From the NCBI RefSeq assembly GCF_002105155.1, contig NW_019029002.1:124001-188000 (forward strand): 64,000 bases of DNA. The letters run 5' to 3'. Source of the stretch: Lobosporangium transversale (lineage: Eukaryota). The translations under genes were made by a program, and so were the position numbers. The notes under the pieces are model-generated. The model was not told the DNA's origin, made no database searches, and worked only from the letters and a program-made list of their open reading frames with translations. Positions 10,974 to 22,723 of the stretch are shown piece after piece; position 1 is the stretch's first letter, and each line of letters opens with the position of its first letter.

Positions 10974-11092
10974 CAGAGGGTCAAGCTTGTCGCTCTTTTT
11001 GGCTAGACTCTTTCAAATATAAATGGTTTACTTAACAAAATTCTTATAATTGAAAAGGACTAACCAAAAAGAGTGACAAGCTTGACCCTCTG
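10974..11092. mobile_element. Small MITE/foldback (119 bp), CAGAGGGTCAAGCTTGTC...GACAAGCTTGACCCTCTG
   Basis: 49-bp arms with a few mismatches around an AT-rich spacer. Flanks TTGCGC / CTGCGC may be a degenerate TSD. Confidence 0.85.
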
Positions 11093-11602
11093 CTGCGCCC
11101 TAAAGATTGTCACGTCACAATGACCAAGAAAATGGCACGTGGCTGATTTGAAAAAAATATTTTTTCACACATTAAAATAAAGGATCAAATTTATCAATTG
11201 CAATTGTCGCTCCTTCTTTCCTTTGCTTCACTTCATTTTTGCACTCTCTCCCTCTTCCTTTACCCTTTTTTTTTTCACTTTTTTCATATTTCACCCCAGT
11301 TTTGCTCCCATCAATTTTGCTCTTTTATTTATTCCAAGCCTTCATCTATTGCCTTTCCTTTCCTTTCCTTTCCTTTCCTTTTTTTTTTTTTTGCCTTACA
11401 TATTTTTCATTTTTGTTTTCATACAGCGACCACGAGTGTGAAAGAGTATAGAATATACCTTCGCCTATTTAACCATCATTCTCCCTGCATTTCAACCACA
11501 CTCAGTCCCACTCATCTTAATTTTCAATGGCCACCACAAGGAGCTCAACACAAAAAACCATGGCTGCAAATGATTCCACAGAGAGCCAAGCACAAAAAAA
11601 AA

Positions 11603-13993
11603 ATGACTGCAAATAAGCCTGAGGATGCCTCCACACTCAATAAACGAAAAAGAGTAAACCAGCACCCACAACGAAAAAAGCGCGCCATTCCACTGCTACT
11701 GCTGAACTGCGTTGTCGAGGGAGAAGCAACGTCGTTCCCAGTAGAGATTTTCTGCGATAAATCGGTCGGGATGCTCAAGCAAGCCATCAAAGCAGAGAAA
11801 GCCAATGCATTTAAGGATATTGACGCTGACCAGCTCACCCTCTACAAGGTCTCCATCCCTGACAAAGGCGAGGCCATCTTTGAGTCAGAAATCGAGTCAA
11901 AAGAGGCTCTTACAGTCGCATCAAGGAAGCTTGGGGACATATTTAATTCCAAACTTCCAGAGAAAACTATTCATGTTTTTGTCAAGCCACCACAGCGAGG
12001 TATATCCTTGGCTCTTGATGGACTGATTGTTGATATTTCCAGCTGATGAAGCTTGGTTTGTATCTTAAACGGCCATGTGCATAATATCACCATTTGGTTT
12101 GTGTCTTGATAACTCAACGTTCTTTCTCATTATTCGCTTTTGATACTTAGCTCAGAAAAGAAAACAAGATGGAGATTCTGGTGAGTGCTTTTGGCTGAGA
12201 ATCTGGTTATTGATCATTTTAGAGTGATGTGCAATAAATCAAAAATATTGACTTTGATCACTCTATCTCCTTTAGCAGAGTCACCCTCTAAAAAAGCTCG
12301 TCCAAGTATAGGTAGCAGAAGTGCTCTTAGGGATGCGATTACAGAAGCAGGGCTTGTAACGAAAGGGATAGTGAATGGTAGCCCTGTAATCTCGCCTCTA
12401 AACTCGAAAGAGAGGGTCAAGCTGCTTTCGTACATGGGGGAGGAGTTATCAGGAGATAGTATTTACTGCAGCATTATTAGCGTGGCTTGCGAGCTCCGAA
12501 GTTCTGGTGGTATCAAGGGTTCCAAAATATTGACTGCCCCTGAGGGTCGTATCTTCCCTGTTGCCAAAACAAGGCATCTTTATATCAGAGATGAGTATAA
12601 AGAGCTTTATGACCATATTACATCCAAATTAAGTACCCCTCATGAAGTATCTCGTTTGAACCGACTCTTTGTCACTGGAACGCCTGGAATTGGGAAGTCA
12701 GCCTTTTTGGTCTATTTTGCCATCCGCCTCCTTGCCGAACACGGTGAGGAAAATCCACCGATTATTATTTTCCAAGAGAAGCAGCATACCAAATGTTATG
12801 TTTATGCAGGAACAACTTGCCATCGTAAAGGGAATATAACGATGTTCGAAGATTTCCTTGACCAACGTGAAACGTGGTATTTAGTTGATAGTGGTGAAAA
12901 TCCTCAACCAGGTGAAGCCAGGACGATATTTTCAGCATCACCAAGAACTCTCTATGGGCATTACGATGAACTCACCAAGGAAAATACACCAAATAGCTAC
13001 TATCACATGTCACTCTGGAGTCTGGATGAGCTTAAGGAATGTAGAGTCAATGTAAAGTTTTTTCATGTAGTGAGTGAAGCATTTTTGGAGGAGCTTTTTT
13101 ACGACTTGGGGGGCGTGCCAAGACAGGTTCTACAGTGTCCAGCCGATGTACTATCCAAAAATCAAAAACATACTGAGCGTGCTAAAGAAGCTGCGTTATT
13201 CCGCGTCAATGATGCCATTAGAACACTCGAGAAACCAGCAGATCTTCTAAGCCTCTTTGCACGAGGAAAAGATGCGAGTGGATTTAGTCGTTTACTCCAT
13301 AGAGTCCCCACTTCTGACCATCTCGACTTCTACCTGGTGTGGGCATCTCGTTGGGTCGAATCACAGATTATGGACAAAATAAAGGATGACACGTGGGTCG
13401 ATGTGTTGGCGAGACTTATCATAGGCGGAGAGGATATAGATAAAGGCCCACTGTTTGAAATCTATGCTCATCACTTATTTCGACGTGGTGATATTAGATT
13501 TCCCTTTAGGGATCTCCAGTCAGGCGAAACAGGATTTCTTGATTTTCCAGCAAATCCAGAAGAGGTGTTTATCCGGACTTCAGAGGAATTATCAGGGCTC
13601 ACTCAAGCGACTGGCAAGTTGTTTGTACCAGAACATTCTAAATTTCCGTGCATTGATTTTGCATTGGGATCCAACAAGCTATTTCAGGTCACAGTATCAG
13701 AGGAGCATCCGATCAAGCAAGCACCATTCAAGGAGATAATTGATTGTATTACTGGACCCTGCTTGAAGGGAGAGCAATCAAAGTCGAAGGGAAGTGATGA
13801 TACTATTTTCCTCTATTTTGTGGTGCCAGGAGACGTATATGACGATTTTAAAGTTCAGAACTTTCTTACCGCCAGAAATACGGTCGTCCAGAATCTATAT
13901 AAATGCTCAAAACATGTAAGACAGCGTGTCATAAAAATCGACATCGAAGCTGCATATTCAGGAGGATCAGCCGGTACGAATCTGAAGAATTAA
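11603..13993 (+). CDS. CRN: Crinkler (CRN) family protein: N-terminal ubiquitin-like CRN domain + P-loop NTPase + PD-(D/E)xK nuclease-like domain (about 714 aa)
   Basis: Exons 11603-11999, 12151-12180 and 12276-13993 join in frame through GT-AG introns. CRN header LNCVVEGEATSFPVEI...LKQAIKAEK...LTLYKV...IHVFVKPP; Walker A GTPGIGKS; Walker B WYLVDS; GGVPR; nuclease-like FPCIDF...LFQVTVSEEH. Confidence 0.9.
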
Positions 13994-14199
13994 ATCGAAT
14001 ACCAATCAAGTGGATGAAACTTTGTCTTTTTTTTAAAAAAAAGCAATATACCCGTTCCTTGAGGATTTTTTACAATGGTTCATTCTTTATGAATGAAGCC
14101 ATCATTATCCACTTACCTTCTAGACGAATAAATAGAGCGGTTTAATCCGTCCTCCCTTCTACTGGGGCATTTAGAACTTTATAAAGCTGTGATCATTGT

Positions 14200-14431
14200 G
14201 CGATCTTGTGTGCAAGAAAAGGCAGGATTTTGTGATACTATTATCAAAGAGTTTTGTAAAAACGGATAGAGATGAAGAATCCTGTGGAGAACCCAGTGAG
14301 AGTCTGATGATGAGACCCAAAATCATATTATTATCACCAGGACAGCTGGTATAGGAAATTATCCTTTCTCGTATGCTTTGTCATCTGGATGCTTGCCACT
14401 TGCGGAAGACCTATCAATTATCATCATCCAG
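14200..14431 (+). pseudogene. Decayed fragment of a CRN P-loop NTPase paralog
   Basis: From 14321, with two frameshifts, it reads NHIIITRTAGIGN / SFLVCFVIWMLATCG / EDLSIIIIQ. This is colinear with NRLFVTGTPGIGKSAFLVYFAIRLLAEHGEENPPIIIFQ of the intact gene next door. Confidence 0.75.
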
Positions 14432-14946
14432 GGCGCCAAAACGTTTACCGGGAGCTAGGATGATAGCTCCACTCTAAAGACATAAATGTCCCATGGTGCG
14501 CGTGCACGGGATGGCAACCTGTGGCCAATGAGATCATATTAGTTGTATGTTCGGCCAATTCAGTGTCAGTATGTGAAGGCGGCGCGTCTTGAATCTCTAG
14601 GCGTCCAGGGACATGGAATAAAAAAACATCAAGAATTTGGCCAAGGCTGCCACGCGCTTGACTATATTAATAGTTCTCGGTATATTAATGCTACATGCTG
14701 TTGAGGGCATCAATCTCGCCAGAATCATCCCCTCTCACATCAATTCATGCTAGATGGATGAAAGATTAGGAGGAAAAGGTCCTTGATGTCTGGGATATCC
14801 ACGCTTGTTTATAATCTCACCAAAAGTTCTGTGTCTTGCGTTCATAGGCGGTTAATCGCAGTTTGGTTTTCGTATACCCCTTGAAGAACGTAAGCAAAAA
14901 TGCCTTTATGTTTTATATTTGATACTCATCAATTTACCCTTTTTAC

Positions 14947-16070
14947 TTGTCCGAAGGTAGAATGACGCCTAGCCAATGGATGCTATATGCTTGGTCCTGT
15001 GGTCGTCTCCGTCCAATGATCACTATAATAGAGAACGTCATTGGACGTGCCGATGCAGGCCTTTGGAAGCAAGAAATCAAGGGCCTGGTGTGGTCGCTCA
15101 CTGATCCGGGATATAAAGAATCTGGTAACCTATGCCATGAGTAATCTAGAATTCTGAAGCGTATTAACAAAGGGGATGCAGGAATTAAAACCAGTGTCGA
15201 CATCAGGGAAACCTTCGGTCGAGCCGTAAAGAATGAATAGATTACTATATAGTAAAGACTTGATATTGGAGTACAATGAGCCTGTTCCGGTCGAGGTTTC
15301 GTTTGCTTGAATTGTCGTTAATCAAAGGAAGAAGGAGTTTACAATTATCGTTGAGCCAATAGCATTTATAGCAGCAATTAACTTGTTTGAAGTGGATGAC
15401 CCTTGATTGGCTAAATTGGTTAATAGTGTTGCTAGACGCCCCTACGTCTGGCACAAAGGGCACACATTTTGAGTATTTCAGTCCCGCTTTGTTTAATTTC
15501 AATCATCCAGAATTATAACAATGAACGAATTCTTAGATACTCACTGTAACAAAGACTCCATACATGAATCCAAGTTAATCTCGCTCTTTTTTGTTTCCAA
15601 AAGAGAACCCATCTGGACCAGATATCGTCTTTGTACTAGAATCGGAGGGTAAATATTATCCTGGTTCCGTACAGTCAAAAATCGGCGATAAGGTCAAGAA
15701 TTAAGGATGCCCACAATACAACTTGCCATAATTGCATCAAAGAACACCTCTCATCACCGTCTTCTCTCGGCTTTTGCTCGAATGGCATATCCTTGTTGCT
15801 GTTGTTTAGGCCTTACTTATCACGTTGCCTTATCATGTTGTTTTATCACGAACAGGGTGATTATTCGCTAGCTAAAGTCAAAGAAGTTCCTACCATCAAA
15901 GACAAACGAATAGAAACGACGTACTCAATATTAGCTTGTTGAACTTCCTTGAAAGTGCAAGGGAGTCCCTCAAGAAGTCAGAATTGACTCGAGCTGTGGA
16001 GGATGAGGGAGAAGGAAGCAAGCCCAAAGAACCACAGGCAAGGAGGACAAAGAGAATTGCCGATAAAGCT
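14947..16070 (+). pseudogene. Pseudogene: C-terminal part of a second Crinkler-like NTPase/nuclease family
   Basis: Stop- and frameshift-interrupted blocks: GRLRPMITIIE...GNLCHE*, DLILEYNEPVPVEVSFA*, TIIVEPIAFIAAINLFEVDDP*, KGHTFEY, ITMNEFLDTHCNKDS, and FPKENPSGPDIVFVLESEGKYYPGSVQSK (PD...QxK nuclease-like). The block order matches my recollection of Mortierella CRN-like C-termini. Confidence 0.7.
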
Positions 16071-16765
16071 CAAGCTATGGAGCATCGCCCTAGCTCATGG
16101 AATATGAGTCCAACGTTTTCAAGAAGTTTGGGGCTCCTCTTCCAGTTTATGTTTGCGTAGTCTTCATCAGTCAGGTCTTCACCGGTTGCCTTTAAAACAC
16201 GCTGTGTTAAGGAACCCTTGTGAAAGTTTCAATCCCTGGCTGAGATCTTCTTCATCTACGTCAGACTGCTGCTGTCTCTTCGTCTGGATTGTGCCATAGG
16301 CAAGTGGATTCAGAACAAGGCCATTGGTAAAATCGTCCCTTTGAGTTTGAACCGAGTTATACCTTTGTCTTGTGCCTGTAGGGGTACCTTGTCTCGATAG
16401 CCATGAAACATGCGATCTCCTTCAATGTCACAAAGAGAGCCTGTATCTAGACCTCTTTTGTTCCCTGTACACATTCAAACACTGCAGCCTTGGGAGGATT
16501 GTCGAGAGGATGTCAGTTAGAACGTGTTCAGACAGATACACATACCGAAGGGGGACGTAAGGAAGTCTTTTTTTTTTTTTTTTTTTTTTTTCATTTCTTG
16601 TTGATTGTCATGGCGAAGGCTTGGTAGTGGTGGTAGTAGCAGAACCACAAAAAGGAAATTTTCAGATGAAGGAGGAGGAGGAGTAGAGGGATCAAGACCA
16701 CCGAAAGAACCTTTGCTGGGTCCAGGAGGAGGAGAGACAAGCCGGCAACAACAGTAGGACACAAT

Positions 16766-16899
16766 CTACTACAAACATGACTAGGTCCAGAAAGGCCTTC
16801 GTCTTAAAAAAATTGTATTGGCTTGATAATACTTTTTATTTCTTTGTTCTAATACACTGACACAAGGTGGAATGTCTCGTTTTTTAATGGGACGGACTA
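16766..16899 (-). repeat. Right copy of the ~135-bp dispersed repeat (inverted relative to 9352-9486)
   Basis: CTACTACAAACATGACTAGGTCCAGAAAGGCCTTCGTCTT...TTTTTTAATGGGACGGACTA. Confidence 0.85.
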
Positions 16900-17074
16900 T
16901 ATATTTATTAATTCCCCTTAAATATGTGACTGTGAATCGGATCTTTCTTGAACAGTAAACAGCATTCGATTTTGACCTCTCTGCCCTCTTTGTCCTTGCA
17001 AGGCCTCTTTTTTCTTTTTTTACTCATCCATTTAGTCCCTCGACCATCGGAATAAAAAAACATAAATATACACA

Positions 17075-17641
17075 ATGTTGCAGTTGAAATCGATTCTCAA
17101 TGTCATTGACAACTCTGGTGCTGTCTGGGCAGAGTGCATCCGAGTATTGCACGGAGGCAAATATGCCAGGATAGGTAGCAAAAGCAACAATAAACAAACA
17201 GCAGTAAAAAAAAAAAAAAAAAAAAAAAGACTTTATGTCAAGCACAACTCGAAACATTCCTTTACTTTCATCACTTTGATAACTTTTTTTTCTTTTTTTT
17301 TAAAAAAAAATATCAAACTTGTCTGACAATTCTTAATATAATTTATATTTATAGGCGATGAAATAGTCGTGGTTGTCAACAAAGCAAAAGCCAACGCAGT
17401 TGCTTCAGCGTCCGGAATTCCCAAGGTCAAGAAAGGCGATGTTCGTCATGCACTAGTGGTCCGTGCAAGGAAGGAGACCTTGCGCCCTGATGGTCGCTAT
17501 GTCCGCTTCGATGACAACGCATGTGTACTTTTGAATAAGCAGGGAGAGCCTCTTGGAACCCGTGTCTTGGGCGTTGTCTCTGGTGAACTCAGGCAAAAGA
17601 GGTGGATGAAACTCTTGAGCTTGGCTCCAAAGGTCATCTAA
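17075..17641 (+). CDS. MRPL38: Mitochondrial ribosomal protein uL14m (128 aa)
   Basis: Exons 17075-17174 and 17355-17641. [43 protein letters not shown]. Confidence 0.95.
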
Positions 17642-18107
17642 AGAAAAAAAAAAAAAAAAAAAAAAAAGCCAACTTTGCAGGGACAGGACAATAAGGATAT
17701 GATTATAAGGGACACATGGCATTCAAGTAACCAGTATCCCAACCCATTGGGATCATGTTCATACAAACAATTAATTCGTCTGCAAAGGATATGAATGAAC
17801 TACAATTAGACAGCTTCAACATTTATCAGTCATCATCATTACTGTCACTTTCGCCGTCATCATCATCACTAGTACCCTATCCACCTTTCTTCTGTATTAA
17901 AAATTCTTCAACATCTGGATCGAATAAAAACATCTCTCTAACGTGGACAGTCTGTATCGTGTAAGGTGTTTCGTGGATACCTTTTTATTTATTTATTCTT
18001 TAGTCTTACAGACTGTTTAATTGGGCATGATACAAGCATTCTTCAGTGATTGATCCTTGCAATCAATCAGATGAGTGAGACTACATTACCAACAAGGCTT
18101 CAGGAAT

Positions 18108-20422
18108 TTAAAACAAAGTGCCATCGCTCAAAATGGCAATTGGAGGACCCTTGGTATTGGGACGTGACACAGCGGCAATTTCTCGTCCGGCCTAAAAAAA
18201 AAAAGAGCACACGAGCCATTAATAACAGTCTACTAGCAAGGAAAAAAAAAAAAAAAAAAAAAAGCCCAAGTACAATCGATATGAAGCAAAGCTTCCTAAA
18301 TTGACTTACATTCCAGGTACCTCCTTGCAGAACTTGGGCAAGTGTCAGGTTGGGTAAATCCAATTGCTTTCGAACCTCGACTGCAATTCGATCCAGAGTC
18401 GCGACAGTCATAGCACGCCATTCAATGATCACTGGATCACTTGGCTCAAACATTGGTACGACCTCAACTGCAGGTTGACCTGGCTTTAGCGCATTGCGCT
18501 TGTAGTTTTCTAACCCACGCTCCTCCTCATTAGGTTTCAAAGTCATAAATCCAAGATCAATCAATAAGCCGCCTTGAAACAAGTTGTAAAAAAAAAAATT
18601 ACGGTTAGCATGAGAGCTCTTTAACATTTGAACATAAATATGCTTTGTTAGAGAGAAACTTAATGAGATGAGGGAGATATACCATTGCGATATTCTGGAA
18701 GACCAGTCAAAAGATTAGAGTGCTCCCATTCAATATGCATATAGTTTTCTAGTGGTTCCATGATTGAGTATGTCATCCACTGTGACAACTTGTGAAAAGG
18801 AACGTAATGATCTGTTGAATCTGGGCTTGCCTGTGGGTTCTGGATAGCATCACAGGGCCATACATCACCCAGTGAAACCCCATTCAAAGTGGTACGCGAT
18901 GGGGGCCAAATTTCTGCAAAGCCGTCGATCACAACTTTGAAAAGAGATTCTGTACGAACCACATACTTGTCGTTACGGCTCGGCCGGTCTGATCCTTCCT
19001 TGAAAAGGAAATCTAAACAAAATAAAAAAAAAAAAAATCCAAGTTTATATTTTTTTTTTTTTTTTTTTTTTTTTGCTTCGTCATTAATTGTTATTACGAC
19101 TAGCTATGAATGTTGACTTGCTCACCAGTCATGTTTCCTGGACGAAGAGGCTACATCCAAGTATAAAATGGGAAAGAAAGAGAGAGAGAGAGAGAGAGAG
19201 GGAAAAAAAAAGCTGCCTGTCAGGTTTCTTTCTTTTTTCTTTTTTTGTTTTAAAGAGTTATTTCCATTACTTGTAAGATTATGTGGGCCAACTTACAGCA
19301 TCTTTGACACCACCAAAGTATTCTGGATGAGCTTTGAGGGCTATTCCAAGGCGACGGAGCAATTCCCACCTACCTTCGAGGCCAAGTAGGGGATTCTTTT
19401 CATCGTCTACTTGAAATCCTTCTTTGAGACTCTCAAGGGTCAGATTGCACAGGCCATCAGCTATCATATCATACCATTATGTTGTATCATGCAAAGTTAA
19501 GAGTTAGTGCCAAGTATCAATGCAAAAGAGTGGTCCAAGGTCACGCCTGCAGTGGATGAGCAAATGAGCAACGCCCAAATTACGAGGGGGATGGTAAAAA
19601 AAGTTTAACTTTGCTCGTTTCTGTCCTGTAATGATTTTTACGTAGAAGAACACAAAAGGGGGAAATATGACAGAACAAATCTTCCATTTTTTTTTTCTTT
19701 TCTTCCTCAACGCAATTGCTTGATGATGTTTACTGACATCAAAGACGAGAGGATCTCGATTAGTGGCTCGAGTCATGGAGGACATTGATTAAAACAGTGA
19801 TATAACACCATGGAATGTAATGAAATAAACCAAAAAGTTTCCATTCATCACAGAAAATTTGTGAATGGAATACACACACGCAAGTCATGTTCAGGCATAA
19901 AAGCATCCTACCGTCGACCTGATGACGGCGATGAATGTCACTCGAAAACCGTCCTTCTTTAAACATGGCCAACGATGCCAGGGCTAATCCCTCAGATCGG
20001 GAGTAAGATTTTGCCGTTTTTTGAAAGCTGTCGGGTTTGACTTCAAATGTCCATCGGTCGCCTGCGCCTGCGTCCAACAGGACAGAAACAACGACCAAAT
20101 CGACTAACCTACGAACTATCTCCACTGTTTCAACTCTTTCTTTCCAACTCTCAACCAGCTGTCCGAGACGATCCACTTGGCCGACATCAAAATGGCGAAG
20201 ACGTGTATGTGGTGGAATCTGAGCGATCTGGCTTGGTTCATGATCACGTTTGATCAATGCTACCACAAACTTGGCCACATCATTCAATTTTGGAAAATCC
20301 ACATCAAAGTGCTTCAATTGACCTTCCTGAGCTTTTGCATACACCATTTCAGCTCGCTCCCTGACTGCTGGGAGCGACTTTAGGTAGGCGATTGTCTCTG
20401 TGGTTGTAAGGGCGGGAGCCAT
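18108..20422 (-). CDS. URC4: URC4/urg3 (DUF1688) uracil catabolism protein
   Basis: Multi-exon, including a 25-nt microexon at 19150-19126. Motifs IPPHTRLRHF, SVLLDAGAG, RSEGLA, LGDVWP, PFHKLSQW, LPEYRNGGL, EWRAMTV, GGTW, C-terminal SDGTLF*. Confidence 0.92.
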
Positions 20423-22723
20423 GCTGGTGATTCTTCCTGGGAAGGATATATCAAAGCCAGAGTTAAATTTAAATAAAGGAACACAATAAAGGGAGAAAAA
20501 AGGCGCAAAATGAGGTTGGTGGATTGTATACGAATGTTAATACAAGAGGAGAGAAAAAGATAAAGAAAGAAGATGATAAAGAAGGAAGAAAATGGCAAGA
20601 AAAAAAGGAAAAAAAAGAGCTGATGCAATGGGGCAGGAATTGTACATGTACAAGGAGAGCAAAATGGTATACGTTCAACATTAGGCACAAAGCGCACTGA
20701 AGAACATTTCCCCGTGAGTCGTTGCGTATTTCTCAGTCTGTGTACTTGTTTCTACATTTTTGCATTAACAATCGTTTTTCCCAAAACGTCCCCTTTTTGG
20801 GCTGCAATGTTGTAAAAAAAAAAAAAAAAAAAAAAGATTAAAAGGGGGGGAAAGGAAAGGAGATGAAGTAAAGGAGGATGGGTAGCTGCCACATCTGAGG
20901 TGCACTTCGGATGTACGACGTTCCTGGGTCTCATCCATGAACATGCCAAAAAAAAAAAAAAAAAAAAAAAAGACAGAGGAGTGACTAATTCCATCCACGA
21001 CGGCATTCACAACGGCGTCATTTTTTACTGCGTCGAACTACAATCCTAGTTTAGTTCAGTTCAAGCAGTCAGGGATCAAAAAGAAGGATGAAGCTATACT
21101 TTACTTGTTCATTTGTTGGCTTGGGCCATTATTCCTACCTTTTCACTCCTAAAGGTCCCTTCATCCTTTAGCTTTAGGATATCCCTTTACCTTTTTTTAT
21201 TTTTTATTTGAGAGTAGATTACAACATTCTCTATTACACTGGTGGAACTATTAATAAACACTCGTCATTATCAGGCCGTTTGATTTTTTTTTTTAATCAG
21301 CTTATCTCTTTCCCTTTCAATACCTCATTTGCATTTGTAGAAAAGAAGTATTTATTCTTCATCTCTTGGCTTACTAGAACGTCCAAGATATGAAGGTACC
21401 TTAACACAGAGCTTTCTAAAGCCAGCTACGAAGGACCAATAAAGTCTTCTAAATCCACAAACGATTCCTTGATTGAAAGAGGAGAAACAGGCCGCGACAG
21501 GACGGTGACAATGCCAGTTTTATCCGTATCCGAGGCACGCCCGTCTCCGAAGGGCTGTTGATGTAAAAGATTCCTGCCACATGATGCAACGTATCAATGC
21601 CCGGGATGGTTAGAGAACAGCCCAGTAAGAAGATTAGTTTGAATTGTACGAATGTACGCAAGCATTTAAAATTTAAAGCAGGTCAATCCATGAGAAACAA
21701 ACAATGTCTGAAGGAAGTCTTCATCTCAGTGCCCAATGAAAATTACAAAAAGAGATACGCATTAGTAGACCAGCATATTCTGTTGATAAAACCATATTTT
21801 AATGTTGTTTGTTTCATCTGCTTTATACTTCTTGTCCACCAACAGGTCTCTTGCCAGGGGTAAGAGGCTGTGGTTGTTGTCTACTTTATTTTGCAGATTC
21901 AAGTATGCCTCAATGTGCATGCGTGGTCCAGAGGACAATCAACCCATCATCCACCACTGTTTTTGCAAATCCAGCCAGGATAAAGTAGCAACAGAAAGTG
22001 ATTACGACTACAATAGCAGAGTCGCGTTATATACAACTGGAAAGGAATAAAATAAGTCACGTGGAAGAAACGCGTGTTTGTCTGTTATGAATTATCTGAG
22101 TTGCTGAACAGGAAGCTCGGGAGATTTCGACAGGGGTTGGGCGTCTTCTACGCGATATCAATTGTTGCCCGCTTCTTGGATTGCTATGTCTGTTTAATTG
22201 TACAAGTACATGTACAAGTATTTTATTTTATTTATTTCTTTTTTGGAATGTTTGATCAGACGATCCATTGCATCCCAGCACGAAGATTTACAGAGGACCA
22301 GAGGATCCTTGCTGTTCCATAGCAGATTTGAAGTTTTAGCGTGCCAACATACCAATGAGAGAATGAGAGACTGATTAGGTTGGGTTGCAATATGTGAAGG
22401 TGTATTTCCATATTTATGCTGCGCTTGTCTTTTTGTGGAGGGAGCCAAAAAAAAAAAATTTAATCGGACATCAGATTTGATAAAGAAAGTGATAAGTGCA
22501 ATCGCAGTTGGAGCGGTGGGAAAATTAATACTCAGACACTGAACACAATATTGTATTGTGTGAAAAACTCTTGGTCTCTCCATCTTCATCTCTATCTCTT
22601 TCTCCCTCTCCCTCTCTCTCTTTTTTATCTTCCACTCTCCCTCTTTCACTTCCTTACTCTTCCCGACCTTTTGCTCCTTCCAATCCATTCCCCACTTTCA
22701 CTAACCCATCTCTCATCGCCATC

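Noticed and set aside
11198..11526. Hydrophobic N-terminal extension of ORF 11198-12046 as a signal or membrane region
   Set aside because: It starts at a TTG and is a translation of the T-rich promoter/5' UTR.
20705..20745. CTGAGAAATAC on the minus strand upstream of URC4, resembling a TPP riboswitch core
   Set aside because: The downstream conserved GAACCTGAT/TAAT elements are missing.
21380..22330. Short ORFs between URC4 and PDB1
   Set aside because: No recognisable motifs or repeat boundaries; could be decayed DNA but cannot be supported.
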